From positions 2,848,001 to 2,912,000 of the forward strand of contig OZ242351.1 in NCBI GenBank assembly GCA_965208675.1: 64,000 bases of DNA. Direction: 5' to 3'. Below the pieces are notes generated by a model, which saw nothing but the letters and a program-made list of their open reading frames with translations, was not told where the DNA came from and searched no databases. Within the stretch, counting starts at the first letter, position 1. Each line of letters begins with the position of its first letter. Positions 20,046 to 29,499 of this stretch are shown piece after piece. The DNA comes from Candidatus Poribacteria bacterium (GTDB lineage Bacteria; Poribacteria; WGA-4E; PCPOR2b). The position numbers and the translations under genes are program-made.

Positions 20046-20255
20046 ATGTCATCGCCTGTCTATACTGCTGTTATTAAGAATGAAGGCAATTGGTGGATCG
20101 GTTGGGTTCAGGAAATTCCCGGTGTAAACTGTCAAGAAGCAACTCGAGAGGAGTTAATCAATACACTTCAAACTACACTGAGAGAGTTCATAGAGGACGA
20201 CCTTGCAGCTCTATCAGCGCTAGGTGGATACGAAAAAGTTCCTATTAAATTGTGA
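20046..20255 (+). CDS. hicB: HicB-family antitoxin (short, no DNA-binding domain)
   Basis: YTAVIKNEGNWWIGWVQEIPGVNCQEATREEL. Confidence 0.85.
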   Translation: MSSPVYTAVIKNEGNWWIGWVQEIPGVNCQEATREELINTLQTTLREFIEDDLAALSALGGYEKVPIKL

Positions 20256-20443
20256 CCTTACGTTCCCTAAAAAGACATCTAAAACAGAATGAATGTTACT
20301 TGTATAGAGAAGGAGCTAAACACTCAATATGGAAGAATAACTCCACAGGGCAACGGTCATCAGTGCCGCGGCACACCGAAATTACCAATACACTGGTAAG
20401 GAAAATATGTAAAGACTTAGGCATTCCTTCTCCGTTTCGATAA
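20252..20443 (+). CDS. hicA: HicA-family toxin
   Basis: REGAKHSIW...VPRHTEI...LVRKICKDLGI; GTG overlaps hicB stop. Confidence 0.88.
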   Translation: MTLRSLKRHLKQNECYLYREGAKHSIWKNNSTGQRSSVPRHTEITNTLVRKICKDLGIPSPFR

Positions 20444-20592
20444 CTTTCATTCCCTAGCGGCTGATTAGCAAATCCGAGAATTCAGTTTAAGCCAAATGGT
20501 AGGTGCCCTTGGCAAACTGCGTTTTTCACCGCCTTCTAGGAAAGACTACTCATATTTACCGCTGACGCTGAATTGTGTAAGTCTTTAGAAAT

Positions 20593-21621
20593 ATGAAACT
20601 CGCCGATTACGACTATAATCTGCCCGATACGCTTATCCCGCAGTTTCCGCTGCAACGCAGAGATGCATCCCGCTTAATGGTCATCAATCGGCGAACACGG
20701 GAAATACGCCATGCGCAGTTCTCGCAAATTGGCGAGTTTCTACCTCCTCGGTCACTGCTCGTGCTCAACGACACCAAAGTCATTCCGGCGCGGCTGATTG
20801 GAGCAAAACTGCCGACAGGCGGTAAGATTGAACTACTTTTAATCCGTCCAAAAGGAGAAAAAATTTGGGAAGCGCTGGTTAGACCTAGCCGGCGCGTCAA
20901 CCGAGGTACCCGTTTAGTGTTTGGTCAGGGCGCTTTAAACGCCCAAATTCGCGAAAAAAATGAGGACGGTATTTGTGTCGTCCGTTTCACCTATGACGGC
21001 GATTTTCAGTCTATTCTCGCGCAAGTCGGCCAAGTACCTCTGCCGCCTTACATCAAACGTGAACCCGACGCGGAAGATCGAGACCGGTATCAATGTGTCT
21101 ACGCTTCGTCCGAAGGCGCTGTCGCCGCCCCTACAGCAGGGCTCCACTTCACACAAACCTTGCTGAATCAACTCAAGCGGCAGGGATTCGACTGGGTTAC
21201 GTTAACGCTCCACGTCGGGCTTGGCACGTTTCAACCGGTCAAAGTCGAGGACATTGAAAACCATAAATTGCATGAAGAGTATTTTGACATCTCTCAAACG
21301 TCTGCCGACCAACTCAATTCCATAATCGAGGAGGGGAGAAAGGTGGTAGCTGTCGGAACTACCTCGGTTCGAGCCCTCGAAGCAGTCGCTTCGGATGGGA
21401 GAATCCGCCCTTATCGCGGATTCACAGACATTTTTATTTATCCCGGCTATCAATTCAAAGCCGTTGACGCTTTGATTACCAACTTTCATCTGCCGCGCTC
21501 GACGCTGCTGATGCTTATCAGTGCGTTCGCTGACCGCGAATTTATTCTCGAAGCTTACCGGCTGGCTATCGCTCGGGAATATCGTTTCTATAGCTATGGT
21601 GATGCAATGCTAATACTTTAA
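20593..21621 (+). CDS. queA: S-adenosylmethionine:tRNA ribosyltransferase-isomerase
   Basis: NDTKVIPARL, VPLPPYI, AAPTAGLHF, LHVGLGTF, TNFHLPRST, YRFYSYGDAM. Confidence 0.98.
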   Translation: MKLADYDYNLPDTLIPQFPLQRRDASRLMVINRRTREIRHAQFSQIGEFLPPRSLLVLNDTKVIPARLIGAKLPTGGKIELLLIRPKGEKIWEALVRPSRRVNRGTRLVFGQGALNAQIREKNEDGICVVRFTYDGDFQSILAQVGQVPLPPYIKREPDAEDRDRYQCVYASSEGAVAAPTAGLHFTQTLLNQLKRQGFDWVTLTLHVGLGTFQPVKVEDIENHKLHEEYFDISQTSADQLNSIIEEGRKVVAVGTTSVRALEAVASDGRIRPYRGFTDIFIYPGYQFKAVDALITNFHLPRSTLLMLISAFADREFILEAYRLAIAREYRFYSYGDAMLIL

Positions 21622-21640
21622 ATCTAGAGGAGACTAAACT

Positions 21641-21913
21641 ATGGAAATGTTTTTTATGTTCATTCCGATGCTGGCAATTCTTTATTTCCTCATATGGCGT
21701 CCTGAACAGCTTAAACGGAAAAAACATCAAGCCATGTTAGATAATCTTGCAAAGGGAAATCTCGTCGTTACGACGGGAGGGTTACACGGGAAAGTCATCG
21801 GCGTTGACAAAGAAATTGTTGTGCTCGCAATTGCCGAGAACGTAAAGGTCGAGGTTTCACGCGGCTGTATTGCTTTCCTGAAGAAGGGCGGAGAGCTAAT
21901 CGAAGGTGAATAG
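21641..21913 (+). CDS. yajC: Preprotein translocase subunit YajC
   Basis: FLIWRPE..KRKKHQAML..L.KG..VVTTGGLHG. Confidence 0.93.
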   Translation: MEMFFMFIPMLAILYFLIWRPEQLKRKKHQAMLDNLAKGNLVVTTGGLHGKVIGVDKEIVVLAIAENVKVEVSRGCIAFLKKGGELIEGE

Positions 21914-21977
21914 GGGATAAACCGCCGATTCTGCAACGGTTGGCTCACTTTGAGAATTTGTGCAACAGCGTCAAGGT

Positions 21978-22814
21978 TTATCTGAAATCCTTCATTGAAC
22001 CCCACGTCACGGCAAGTTTCGCCGAAGGATGGACGGCAAATCCTTTAGACTTAAAATTCGCTAGGACTTCTCCTTTGTCCAACGCACGATTATAGATTGC
22101 AACTTCATCGACGGCGCCGTCCGCCCAGGCTCGATCCGCAAAGGTAAAAATCTTTTTGCCGAACGTCGCTCGTGTCCCATCACCGGTCTGGAACGGTTGT
22201 ACCTTCGCGTTGTCATACACCACATCATCGCCGTCGACATAGATTTTAAGTTCCGTCTTATTGTCGTAGGTCACGGTTACATGGTACCAACGGCCTACTT
22301 TTGCACCGAATTGCGATTCATGATCGTTACATACGCCCCACATTGTAATCTGGTTTGAATGCCAAGTTGTAATGCAAAACAACTCACCTTTACAAGCTTG
22401 ACCGGATTCGCCTTCCCACCCCCAACCAACGAGAACGTGAAACTGGTCGCTCTTTGTATTCCATTTGACCCAGGCGCTCAGTGTCCGCGGATCGGAACCG
22501 GATATTCCAATCTCCTCTATTGATTGCGCATAGTCGCCGTCGCCGTCAAACTCCAATGCACTACCCAGTTTCCCTTTGACAACCTTTGGATCACTTCTTC
22601 CGCCAGCTAACAACGGCGGTGATTTGCCGCGTATAATTTCCACATCGTTTTTGCCGACAAGGTCTGGGACGATGTCCTTGTCAATCTTATCAAATGACCA
22701 GTAGTGAACTAACCCCTTTTCAATCACTTGACCGTCCGCCGTGCTAGTGAACGCCGCCGCAGCCGCGGCAACCGCTATAAAATAAACCAACCGCACAATT
22801 TTGTCTGAAATCAT
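21978..22814 (-). CDS. Secreted LamG/concanavalin A-like lectin-domain protein
   Basis: AAAGGA RBS before ATG 22814; signal peptide; LVHYWSFD, GKLGSALEFDG, WYHVTVTYD, GAVDEVAIYNRAL; C-terminal AVHPSAKLAVTWGSMK. Confidence 0.9.
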   Translation of the reverse strand: MISDKIVRLVYFIAVAAAAAAFTSTADGQVIEKGLVHYWSFDKIDKDIVPDLVGKNDVEIIRGKSPPLLAGGRSDPKVVKGKLGSALEFDGDGDYAQSIEEIGISGSDPRTLSAWVKWNTKSDQFHVLVGWGWEGESGQACKGELFCITTWHSNQITMWGVCNDHESQFGAKVGRWYHVTVTYDNKTELKIYVDGDDVVYDNAKVQPFQTGDGTRATFGKKIFTFADRAWADGAVDEVAIYNRALDKGEVLANFKSKGFAVHPSAKLAVTWGSMKDFR

Positions 22815-22958
22815 CCGTATCCGTCCTTTCTTTATCTTGGGTGTGGCGGATTGCTCGCAATTTCGCTCACGCTTTAAGTAACTACGTTCTCGCGCAAGCG
22901 TTAGGATTATCATAGCACAATCGGCATCCAAAGACAACATCAGTGAAAGGAGACAACG

Positions 22959-23711
22959 ATGAATCTGACGGGCAAAGTGGCAATTGTTACCGGGGGTGCC
23001 CAGGGGCTTGGACGGGCAACCGTGGAAGCCTTTGCCGCAGCGGACGCACTCGGCGTCATCATCGCCGACTTGCAAGCTGACCAAGCGGAGGCAACTGCCC
23101 AAGAAATTATGCATGCTCAAAAAGGGCAAGTGGTAGCGCTGCCAACTGATGTGTGCAATCCCTCGCAGGTCGAGGCAATGGTTCAGGCTGCGACGAGTCG
23201 TTTCGGTCGAATTGACATCTTGGTCAACAACGCCGGCATGTGTCCAATTGCGGACTGGGACAGCGTAACGCTTGAAGACTGGAATCGAATCCTGGCAGTC
23301 AATGTGACCGGTATGTTTCTCTGCACAAAGGCAGTCATTCCTCACATGAAGGTACAGAAATACGGGCGCATCGTCTATGTGTCCTCGCCCGCGGGCCGCG
23401 TCGGCAGTATTATCGCGAACGTTGCCTACGGCGTGAGCAAAGGCGGCTGCTTGGCATTGATGAAATCGGTGGCGAAGGGCTTCGCAATGCACGGTATCTT
23501 GGCAAACGCCATCCTTCCGGGTCCGATAGATACACCGCTCTCGCGCTCTTTCGGGCAGGACTTTTGGGATTCGCAGGAGGAACGCCCCCTACTCAAGCGT
23601 CACGCTTCGGCGAAGGAGGTGGCTGACGCCGTGTTGTTCTTGGTCTCTGATCGCAGCACCTATATCACGGGTCATGAACTGTGGGTAGACGGAGGTTGGA
23701 GTCTGGGATAG
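22959..23711 (+). CDS. SDR-family oxidoreductase (FabG-like)
   Basis: TGGAQGLG, NNAG, YGVSK, VDGG. Confidence 0.95.
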   Translation: MNLTGKVAIVTGGAQGLGRATVEAFAAADALGVIIADLQADQAEATAQEIMHAQKGQVVALPTDVCNPSQVEAMVQAATSRFGRIDILVNNAGMCPIADWDSVTLEDWNRILAVNVTGMFLCTKAVIPHMKVQKYGRIVYVSSPAGRVGSIIANVAYGVSKGGCLALMKSVAKGFAMHGILANAILPGPIDTPLSRSFGQDFWDSQEERPLLKRHASAKEVADAVLFLVSDRSTYITGHELWVDGGWSLG

Positions 23712-23804
23712 CGGTTCGCTCCGCATAAACGGACACCGTAAAAATTCGCCGCGGCAGGTCTCTACGGGAAGGTGGCTAAAACAGCAAACTGATACATTAT
23801 TTTC

Positions 23805-23834
23805 TTGACGAGATTTTTGTCAACGTGATATTAT
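23805..23834 (+). promoter_or_regulatory. Sigma70-type promoter overlapped by TTGAC-N9-GTCAA palindrome, upstream of the ABC operon
   Basis: TTGACG-N18-TATTAT; inverted repeat 23805-23823. Confidence 0.45.
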
Positions 23835-23897
23835 TTTTTGTCGTTTCGTCATTAAACTTCGGTTCTCGCAAATCCATAATCGAGGTGATAAACCTAT

Positions 23898-24854
23898 ATG
23901 ATTCAAGTCAAAAATCTGACAAAACGCTACGGCGCAACCGTCGCTGTAAACGATGTTTCTTTCGATGCAAAAGCTGGCGAAGTATTGGGCTTCCTTGGCC
24001 CAAACGGCGCTGGTAAAACCACAACCATGCGTATCTTGACCTGTTATCTTTCGGCAGATGCAGGTACAGCTAAAGTCGCCGGATACGATGTCTTTGAGGA
24101 GTCCATCGAAGTCCGAAAGCAGATTGGCTATCTGCCCGAAAGCGCGCCGCTCTACACCGATATGGGCGTCCTTGATTATCTCAACTTTATCGCGCAAATC
24201 CGTAACATTCCAAAGAGTCAGCGAAAAGAACGGATTAGAGAGGTCATTGACATTTGCGGGCTTGAAAAAGTTATCCAAAAAGATGTCGGGGAACTCTCTA
24301 AAGGCTACCGTCAACGCCTCGGCTTGTCACAAGCCCTCATCCACGCCCCATCAATACTCATCCTAGACGAAGCCACCTCTGGACTCGACCCCAGCCAAAT
24401 CATAGAAATTCGCAATCTGATTAAAGAAATCGGCAAAGAGAAGATGATTATTTTCAGTTCGCATATCTTGCCGGAGGTCTCAGCGACATGCAGCCGTATT
24501 TTGATTATCAATGAAGGGCGCCTTGTAGCTAACGGCACGCCGGAGGAATTAGCTGGGCGTGCAAAAGGACAGGAAGTTGTCCATATCTCGATTCGCGGCC
24601 CCCGTGAGGAGGTTGAGGCAAAACTCAATGACCTAAGTTTTGTATCCGACTACAAGTGCGTGCAATCCGACGACGCAATTCTCGGATACCGGATATCGTC
24701 TCAGCAAGGCAATAACGCAGCAGAGGAAATCTTTCAGTTTGTCGTCGATAATCACTGGAGCCTAACTGAGTTACGTCAAGAAACGGTTAGTCTGGAGGAT
24801 GTGTTCTTGCAGTTAACTGGCAGCGAATCGGCGAATGATGTAAGTAATGGATAA
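23898..24854 (+). CDS. ABC transporter ATP-binding protein (GldA-like)
   Basis: GPNGAGKTT, LSKGYRQR, LILDE, SSHIL. Confidence 0.95.
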   Translation: MIQVKNLTKRYGATVAVNDVSFDAKAGEVLGFLGPNGAGKTTTMRILTCYLSADAGTAKVAGYDVFEESIEVRKQIGYLPESAPLYTDMGVLDYLNFIAQIRNIPKSQRKERIREVIDICGLEKVIQKDVGELSKGYRQRLGLSQALIHAPSILILDEATSGLDPSQIIEIRNLIKEIGKEKMIIFSSHILPEVSATCSRILIINEGRLVANGTPEELAGRAKGQEVVHISIRGPREEVEAKLNDLSFVSDYKCVQSDDAILGYRISSQQGNNAAEEIFQFVVDNHWSLTELRQETVSLEDVFLQLTGSESANDVSNG

Positions 24855-24872
24855 TGAGTAATGCGTAATGGG
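24845..24872. repeat. Four tandem heptamers TAATGNN overlapping the ATPase stop
   Basis: TAATGGA-TAATGAG-TAATGCG-TAATGGG. Confidence 0.7.
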
Positions 24873-24984
24873 TATCTTCGCGTTAAATATGGATACTCCC
24901 ATCGTGCAGCTTATAAAATTTCTTGAGGCAGCACACCAAAAGCGTCAAATGATAACGATTTAAGGAGGTTGGACACGAAAGCTC

Positions 24985-25701
24985 ATGAACAACATCGCAG
25001 CCATTTTCAAGAAGGAGTTCAGAAGCTACTTTAATTCTCCAATCGCGTACATTTTTATCACATTCTTCTTGGGAATTTCCGCTTGGTTTTTCTTTCGTAG
25101 CTTTTTCCTCGTCAACCAAGCTGAATTGCGAGGCTATTTTGCGCTAATGCCTTGGCTATTTCTCCTCTTTATCCCAGCCGTGACGATGAAACTCTGGGCG
25201 GAAGAGAAGAAGATAGGTACAGTTGAAATTTTGATGACCCTACCAATCAAGGATTACGAAGTCGTCATCGGTAAATATCTTGCGAGTTTTGCCCTGCTTG
25301 CCGTCACCGTAATCTTTTCATTTTCTTTGCCGTTGACGGTCGCATACTTAGGCGATCCCGATGGCGGTCCCATCGTAGGCGGCTACATTGGGCTCATTCT
25401 CATGGGCGGCGCTTACCTCTCAATTGGGCTTCTCGCCTCTACATTGACGGAAAACCAGATTATCGCTTTTATTCTCGGCATCGTAATGTCCTTTGTACTG
25501 CTCATCATCGGCGAGGACATTGTACTCTTCAACGCGCCGAATTGGGTTGTCCCGATTTTCAGCTATCTAGGATTAGGCGCGCATTTTAGCAGCATCCTAC
25601 GAGGCGTAATCGATTCCCGAGATCTCATCTACTATCTATCCGTTATCGGGTTTTTTCTCTACCTGAGCGTTTTATCTCTTGAAAGTCGGAAATGGAGGTA
25701 A
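24985..25701 (+). CDS. ABC-2 permease (GldF-like)
   Basis: KEFRSYFNSPIAY, TMKLWAEEKKIGTVEILMTLP, TENQIIA, RGVIDSRD. Confidence 0.93.
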   Translation: MNNIAAIFKKEFRSYFNSPIAYIFITFFLGISAWFFFRSFFLVNQAELRGYFALMPWLFLLFIPAVTMKLWAEEKKIGTVEILMTLPIKDYEVVIGKYLASFALLAVTVIFSFSLPLTVAYLGDPDGGPIVGGYIGLILMGGAYLSIGLLASTLTENQIIAFILGIVMSFVLLIIGEDIVLFNAPNWVVPIFSYLGLGAHFSSILRGVIDSRDLIYYLSVIGFFLYLSVLSLESRKWR

Positions 25702-25705
25702 TACT

Positions 25706-27364
25706 GTGGCAACCAGAACACTTAAATACGGAAGCAATACGCTTGTCTTTATCCTTGTCGTATTGGCTATTCTTGCGGCAATCAGCTTTCTGTCAAGCCG
25801 CCGATTCGTAAGGGCGGATTTCTCCGACGACAAACGATACACAATTTCGTCTTCCACGAAGAATGTTCTCAAGCGTCTGGACGACGTTGTGACTATTAAC
25901 GCCTATTTTTCGCGCGAACCCGCACGGGTCGCCCAAATTCGCCGCGATGTCCGCGATGTACTTGATGAATACCGTGCCATATCAAATAAGTTGCAGATAG
26001 ACTTTATTGATCCCGGCGATGATGAGGGAGAAAAGAACAAACTTCGGTTCATGGGAATTCCTGAAGTGCAGATGAACGTAATCGAGAAAGACAAAGCACA
26101 AGTCGCAAACGTCTATATGGGGATTGCCGTGATTTATGAAGACAAAAAGGAAATCCTACCTGTCGTCCAAAACACCTTCACTTTGGAATACGACCTGACA
26201 TCCGCGATTCTCAAGGTGACCAGAACGGAAGACAAGACCGTTGCATTCCTCGCAGGGCACGATGAACTCGATATTGATGACGCTCAACGGTTCGGTAACA
26301 TGCGCCGGGAGTTAAGCAAGCAGTATACTGTCAAAAAAGTTACCATCGTCGAAGGGAGAGAAATCGATAAAGATGTGGCGACGCTTGTCGTCGCTGGCCC
26401 TAAACAAGAAATTACTGAACGTGAAAAGTACGAAATCGATCAGTTCATTATGCGCGGCGGACGGGCGATTTTTTTGGTGGACGCAATTCAAATACCGGAA
26501 GGAACACTACAGGTACAGACGCTGACGACCGGGATGAATGAACTTCTTGAACATTACGGCGTTAAACTCGGCAACAATCTCGTGCTTGACGATGCCTCCC
26601 AAGGGCAACTTACCTATACGCAAGGGTATTTCACAGTCAGAAGCGACTATCCGTACTTCGTCAGGGTATTAAATCAATACCGAAATCGTTCGGGGGAGAT
26701 TGCTAAGGGGCTATCCGATGAGAGCATCGTCACCAGCCAGTTGGAAAGCCTGACGTTGAATTGGGCAAGTTCGCTCGAACTGCTGCCGAAAGAAGAGGAC
26801 GCTATTGAGACGATCGCGCTTGCGAAAACAACTGATCGAAGCTGGACGGTGCAAAGCCCTTACGACATCGCCCCGAACACCCAACTTAGGGCTCCATCAT
26901 CTGTACGAAAAAGTCATACAGTCGCAGCATCGCTTTCGGGGGTTTTCATGAGTTTCTATGCCGGTAAAGACATCCCGTCTAACCAGTCGGCCTCATCAGA
27001 TGAGGCTGAAGCTGAACTTCAAGTGGAATCAGAAACAAGTGAAGATCGTACCACGATAACCGAGAGCCAGCCGACACAGATTGTTGTGGTCGGAAATTCC
27101 GCGTTTCTGCAATTTAGCGGCCGAGATGAGATGACCTTTTTCTTTAACACCATTGATTGGCTTACGCTCGGTGAGGACCTTATCCACATCCGATCCCATG
27201 GCGTAACAGACCGCCCGCTAAAAAAGGTTTCCGAAGCCGAGAAACTGTTCCTGAAATATGCAAATATTGCTGGCGTTCCGATAGTCGTGGTCGCCTTTGG
27301 CTTAATTCGATACCTTTTGAGAAGGAGGGCAAAACGGTTGGTTGAAACCTATGGCGCGCTTTAG
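25706..27364 (+). CDS. GldG-like ABC transporter auxiliary protein
   Basis: GGAGG RBS + GTG; D.SDDKRYTIS.ST, EYDLTSAI, FLAGHDE, DQFIMRGG, FFFNTIDWL, C-terminal TM. Confidence 0.9.
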   Translation: MATRTLKYGSNTLVFILVVLAILAAISFLSSRRFVRADFSDDKRYTISSSTKNVLKRLDDVVTINAYFSREPARVAQIRRDVRDVLDEYRAISNKLQIDFIDPGDDEGEKNKLRFMGIPEVQMNVIEKDKAQVANVYMGIAVIYEDKKEILPVVQNTFTLEYDLTSAILKVTRTEDKTVAFLAGHDELDIDDAQRFGNMRRELSKQYTVKKVTIVEGREIDKDVATLVVAGPKQEITEREKYEIDQFIMRGGRAIFLVDAIQIPEGTLQVQTLTTGMNELLEHYGVKLGNNLVLDDASQGQLTYTQGYFTVRSDYPYFVRVLNQYRNRSGEIAKGLSDESIVTSQLESLTLNWASSLELLPKEEDAIETIALAKTTDRSWTVQSPYDIAPNTQLRAPSSVRKSHTVAASLSGVFMSFYAGKDIPSNQSASSDEAEAELQVESETSEDRTTITESQPTQIVVVGNSAFLQFSGRDEMTFFFNTIDWLTLGEDLIHIRSHGVTDRPLKKVSEAEKLFLKYANIAGVPIVVVAFGLIRYLLRRRAKRLVETYGAL

Positions 27365-27392
27365 AGCGTCGCGCACCAACCCTTGTTGAATC

Positions 27393-28409
27393 ATGAAAAC
27401 GAAGCAACTCCTAGTATTAGTTTGTGTTTTGTTAGTGTTAGGGTTACTCGTCTTGATCTTAGAGAACCCGTTCGGTAAGAGCGAACGCGAGAAGAAAGTC
27501 GAAGCGGCATTGCCGCTATTCCCAAACTTCAAGCGCGAGAGCGTAGCTCGAGTTGAGATTACGGCATTAGCGCAAACCACCACCCTTGTCAAAGAGGACG
27601 ATCAGTGGTTGGTGGCGACAATGGACAACTATCCCGCGGATCCGGAAGCCGTTGATGAGATGTTCGACAAAGTCGCCGAATTCAAGACTGTCGATCTCGT
27701 GTCCACGAATCCCGATAAACAATCGGTATTCCAAGTCGATGCCTCAGGTGCCGAAGCAAAACTCTTGGATGCAAACGACAATATACTCGCTCACCTCTTC
27801 GTCGGAAAGACCACCCCCGGTGTCTTCAGCAGCTACATTCGCGCAGCAGATTCCAATAACGTTTACACCGGCGAAGGATACCTCAAAGCAACTTTCGATA
27901 AGGGGTACCGGACTTGGAGAGATCGGACAATCTTCAACTTCAATAAGGGAGACGCTACCAATCTCACCATAAACTCGGAAGAAGAGGACATTGAGCTTCA
28001 GGTTGACGCCGAGGGCAAATGGCAAATGCTCAAGCCGGTCGCCTCCGCCGTTAATCCGACAGAAGTTGATAGTCTCCTGGACACGCTCAGTTCACTTAAA
28101 ACAGACGATTTTGAAGAAGAGCAAGACCCCGCTGAACATGAGCTAGATGACCCGCGCGCAACGGTTACGGCGAGGTTGAACGACGGTTCAACACGGGTGC
28201 TGTTAATTGGGAAACAAGAGGAAGGCAACGACAGGAACCCCGTCAAACGCACGGACAAAGATCAGATCTTTATGTTGTATAGTTCTAACCTAGACTCGCT
28301 GCTCAAGAAGTCCACAGATTTGAAACAAGAGGCGCCCGCGGCAGAATTTGACGCAGAAAACAGCACAGCGCCCATAGATGAAACCGGAGGCGTTCAGGCA
28401 ATCGAATAA
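27393..28409 (+). CDS. DUF4340-like membrane-anchored protein
   Basis: N-terminal TM; two repeats W....YPAD..V / L.VGK...Y.R, WRDRTIF; usual fourth gene of Gld-like ABC operons. Confidence 0.8.
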   Translation: MKTKQLLVLVCVLLVLGLLVLILENPFGKSEREKKVEAALPLFPNFKRESVARVEITALAQTTTLVKEDDQWLVATMDNYPADPEAVDEMFDKVAEFKTVDLVSTNPDKQSVFQVDASGAEAKLLDANDNILAHLFVGKTTPGVFSSYIRAADSNNVYTGEGYLKATFDKGYRTWRDRTIFNFNKGDATNLTINSEEEDIELQVDAEGKWQMLKPVASAVNPTEVDSLLDTLSSLKTDDFEEEQDPAEHELDDPRATVTARLNDGSTRVLLIGKQEEGNDRNPVKRTDKDQIFMLYSSNLDSLLKKSTDLKQEAPAAEFDAENSTAPIDETGGVQAIE

Positions 28410-28483
28410 CGATGGCGATAGCGTTTACCAATTGAAATCAAATAGCACACGACATCAAACGCACTAATCAGGGAGAATCATTC

Positions 28484-29449
28484 ATGGAAAAGGTTGTTTG
28501 GGGAATTATGGGTTCAACGGCATGGGCGGATACGATGTTCGGTCCAGCAATTCAGGGGGCAAGCAATGCTCGGCTCCACGCCGTGTTGAGCAGCAGCCAG
28601 GCAAATGCGGACGCATTTTGTGCGAAACACAGCGTCGAATGTGGTTATAGTAATCTGGAGGAGTTCCTTGCAGACGATGAGATAGAAGCCATCTGGATTG
28701 CCACGCCGCAAAACCTCCACGCTGAACAGACAATTGCAGCGCTCGAACACGGCAAACATGTCCTGTGCGAGAAGACAATGGCTGTCACCGCCGACGAGTG
28801 CGTATTGATGATTCACACAGCCGAACGGACAGGCAACCTTCTTAGCATCGGCTATCATATGCGGCATCATCCGCTTCACCAGGAATTACGGCAGGATTGG
28901 AATGACGGACAGTTCGGAACCCCAATCTACGCGCGAGCGCAAATTTACTTCCCGTACGGCGAAGCGCCCACAACATGGCGCGCGAAAAAGGAGACAAGCG
29001 GCGGTTGGGCGATAAACGATGTCGGGACGCACGGCATCGATCTCCTCCGTTGGTTCTTAGGCGATGCAGCTGCCGTGCATGGCGAACTGTCCAGTCTGCG
29101 TTTCGGCTTGGAGACGGATGACCACGCCGTTGTCACAATACGTTTCCAGAACGGTGCGGTCGGCGTTGCGGATGCCTCTACAGCAGTAGGCGCCCCCGCC
29201 CCGCGGTTGGAACTCTACGGCAGCGAGGGCTACTGCATCTTGGACGGAACCCTATTCGGCGGCGGAGGCACCGTCACCCAAAGCCGCGCTGGCGCAGATG
29301 CGGTGGTTTCCGAAGCCCCGATGGCGCCGCTCTACCAGAACCAGGCTGAAGCTTTCAGCCGCGCAGTCAGAGGAGAAGAAGAACTTATCGTCTCCGCAGA
29401 AGATGGCCTCGAAAATGTAAAGATTATCGAACAAGCCCGGGGTTGGTAG
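28484..29449 (+). CDS. Gfo/Idh/MocA oxidoreductase
   Basis: IATPQNLH, GKHVLCEK, GGWAINDVGTHGID. Confidence 0.93.
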   Translation: MEKVVWGIMGSTAWADTMFGPAIQGASNARLHAVLSSSQANADAFCAKHSVECGYSNLEEFLADDEIEAIWIATPQNLHAEQTIAALEHGKHVLCEKTMAVTADECVLMIHTAERTGNLLSIGYHMRHHPLHQELRQDWNDGQFGTPIYARAQIYFPYGEAPTTWRAKKETSGGWAINDVGTHGIDLLRWFLGDAAAVHGELSSLRFGLETDDHAVVTIRFQNGAVGVADASTAVGAPAPRLELYGSEGYCILDGTLFGGGGTVTQSRAGADAVVSEAPMAPLYQNQAEAFSRAVRGEEELIVSAEDGLENVKIIEQARGW

Positions 29450-29499
29450 GCGCGATTTCCGAATCGCGGCCAATTCCCTCATGCACGCCGCGCTCCTAC
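29446..29499. repeat. GTAG-type REP-like element (inverted pair)
   Basis: GTAGGCGCGATTTCCGAATCGCG...CGCGCTCCTAC; related copy at 45463-45487. Confidence 0.7.

Noticed and set aside
22815-23492. N-terminal 226 aa of the 504-aa minus ORF
   Set aside because: Antisense shadow of the SDR gene; the real LamG gene starts at ATG 22814 with RBS and signal peptide.
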